NCBI GenBank assembly: GCA_943367585.1
Contig: CALRJP020000015.1
Location: forward strand, 17,965 to 81,964
Length of the DNA stretch: 64,000 bases
Direction of reading: 5' to 3'
From: Rhizobium sp. Q54
GTDB lineage: Bacteria > Cyanobacteriota > Cyanobacteriia > PCC-6307 > Cyanobiaceae
Each line of letters opens with the position of its first letter. Position 1 is the first letter of the stretch. Below the pieces are notes generated by a model that searched no databases, was not told the DNA's origin, and saw only the letters and a list, made by a program, of their open reading frames with translations. The position numbers and the translations under genes were made by a program. Positions 62,354-64,000 of this stretch are shown here, piece after piece.

Positions 62354-63253
62354 GTGCCGATTCCCTCCTCCCTGGTCACCCTGCTGGTGGGCATGGCGCT
62401 CGTCCTGTCCGGCCTCTGGGTGGGCTACAACGTCGACCTGCTGCCCCTCGACGCCAGCGCCAACGCGCCTGTCTACGACTCGTTGTTCCGGGTGCTGTTC
62501 AGCATCGGCACGATCCTGTTCCTGGGCATCGTGGGGCTGGTGGTGTTCAGCCTGGTGCGGTTCCGCCGCCGGGCCGGGGACCACACCGACGGCCTGGCGA
62601 TCGAGGGCAATCTGCTGCTCGAGATCGTCTGGACCGCCATCCCGGCGATCGTGGTCCTGTTCGTCGGCATTTACAGCTACGACATCTACGAGCGGATGGG
62701 CGGCATGAGCAGCCTCAACGACCATTCCGCCATGCACCGGATGCCGTCGATGGAAACCATGGAGGCCTCCGTCAGCACGGCCGGTGCCGGGGCGGACCCC
62801 ACGGCAGGCACGGCGCTGAAGGCCCCACGGGTCTGGGGCGGCATCGGCACCGGGGCGGGCGAAACCAATGTGCTGCCCGTCGAGGTGACGGCCATGCAGT
62901 TCGCCTTCATCTTCCATTACCCGGAAGGGGACATCACCAGTGGAGAACTCCACGTGCCCAACGGCCGGCCTGTGGAGCTGCGCATGAAGGCCAACGACGT
63001 GATCCATGCCTTCTGGGTGCCCCAGTTCCGGCTCAAGCAGGACGTGATCCCCGGCCAGCCCACCGTTCTCACCTTCACCCCCACCAAGGCCGGCAGTTAC
63101 CCGATCATCTGCGCCGAGCTCTGTGGCCCGTACCACGGCGGCATGCGCTCCACCGTGGTGGTGCATGAACCGGATGCCTACGACGCCTGGCTGCAGAAGA
63201 ACAGCCCCGTGACGGCCACGGTCGCCAGCGCATCGACCACCCCCACCGCCTGA
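62354..63253 (+). CDS. ctaC: cytochrome c oxidase subunit II
   Basis: Two N-terminal TM helices, a cupredoxin domain and the CuA site HAFWVP...CAELCGPYHGGM. Confidence 0.95.
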   Translation: MPIPSSLVTLLVGMALVLSGLWVGYNVDLLPLDASANAPVYDSLFRVLFSIGTILFLGIVGLVVFSLVRFRRRAGDHTDGLAIEGNLLLEIVWTAIPAIVVLFVGIYSYDIYERMGGMSSLNDHSAMHRMPSMETMEASVSTAGAGADPTAGTALKAPRVWGGIGTGAGETNVLPVEVTAMQFAFIFHYPEGDITSGELHVPNGRPVELRMKANDVIHAFWVPQFRLKQDVIPGQPTVLTFTPTKAGSYPIICAELCGPYHGGMRSTVVVHEPDAYDAWLQKNSPVTATVASASTTPTA

Positions 63254-63299
63254 TCGTCCGCACCCCCGCCCCTTCCCCCGCCCGACCCATCCAGACCCG

Positions 63300-64000
63300 A
63301 TGACCGTCGCTTCCCCCAACGACTTCCAGGACAGCCTCCAGCCCCAGGGCTGGCTGCGCTACTTCAGCTTCAGCCTCGACCACAAGGTGATTGGCCTCCA
63401 GTACCTGGTGACCGGTTTCGTCTTCTATTTCATCGGTGGTGCCCTGGCGGGGGTGATCCGGGCCGAGCTGGCCAGCCCGATCTCCGATTTTGTCAGCCGC
63501 GAAACCTACAACGAAGTTCTCACCCTGCACGGCACGGTGATGATCTTCCTGTGGATCGTTCCGGTGGTGAACGGCGGCTTCGGCAACTACCTGATCCCCT
63601 TCTACGTGGGTGCCAGGGACATGGCCTTCCCCAGGCTCAACGCGGTGGCCTTCTGGATGATTCCACCGGCCGGGATTCTGCTGATCGGCAGCTACTTCAT
63701 CACCGGCGCGGCCCAGTCGGGCTGGACGGCGTACCCACCGCTGAGCATCACCACCCCCGCCCTGGGTCAGGTGGTGTGGATCGTGAGCGTGCTGCTGCTG
63801 GGGGGAAGCTCCATCTTCGGCGGCATCAACTTCATCGCCACCGTGCTCAAGCTGCGGCGGCCCGGGCTGAAGCTGATGCAGCTGCCCATGTACTGCTGGG
63901 CGATGCTCGGCACCAGCATCCTGGTGGTGCTCTCCACCCCCGTGCTGGCCGGCACCCTGCTGCTGCTGAGCTTCGACATCGTGGCCCACACGGGCTTCTT
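63300..64000 (+). CDS. ctaD: cytochrome c oxidase subunit I (5' part, runs off the right edge)
   Basis: Hand translation from ATG 63300 gives MTVASPNDFQDSLQPQGWLRYFSFSLDHKVIGLQYLVTGFVFYFIGG... The frame stays open to the window end, so it is absent from the track. Confidence 0.93.
   Translation, partial: MTVASPNDFQDSLQPQGWLRYFSFSLDHKVIGLQYLVTGFVFYFIGGALAGVIRAELASPISDFVSRETYNEVLTLHGTVMIFLWIVPVVNGGFGNYLIPFYVGARDMAFPRLNAVAFWMIPPAGILLIGSYFITGAAQSGWTAYPPLSITTPALGQVVWIVSVLLLGGSSIFGGINFIATVLKLRRPGLKLMQLPMYCWAMLGTSILVVLSTPVLAGTLLLLSFDIVAHTGF

Overview
This window is a very GC-rich, densely coding stretch of a picocyanobacterial chromosome. It looks like Cyanobium or Synechococcus subcluster 5.2/5.3, an inference from gene content and composition. 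Nearly all of it is core housekeeping and photosynthesis genes. These include psaF-psaJ, petC-petA, petG, a cytM-like cytochrome, chlI, an HLIP, ctaA/ctaB and ctaC/ctaD, trxA, hisH, hom, sufE, ruvC, tsaD, gmk, tatC, lgt, cobM, ispD, fabG, groEL2 and ychF. There are also several ABC transporters, one tRNA-Val(CAC), and a Yfr1-type sRNA in the guaB-trxA spacer. Three small genes or RNAs are absent from the ORF track: petG, psaJ and Yfr1. Many adjacent genes are joined by 4-nt start/stop overlaps (ATGA, GTGA, TTGA). I saw no transposase, integrase, CRISPR array, prophage or recognisable defence system, and I cannot support a claim of a novel multi-gene system. The most unusual loci are listed below.

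- An ~85-bp AT-rich segment carrying a TGTGC-N6-GCACA palindrome is duplicated on both sides of a channel-like membrane gene wedged between ctaA and ctaC.
- A single low-GC GT2+GT4 fusion glycosyltransferase gene looks laterally acquired.
- There is a two-barrel CpcT-like fusion protein.
- A secreted protein has a PEP-CTERM-like tail, and its leader pairs a perfect SD with an anti-SD mimic.
- There is an AttEFGH-like ABC/lipocalin cluster.
- The conserved N-terminus of lgt lacks a canonical start codon.

The long antisense ORFs in the track are GC-driven shadow ORFs. All family calls come from motifs read by eye and from memory, not from searches.
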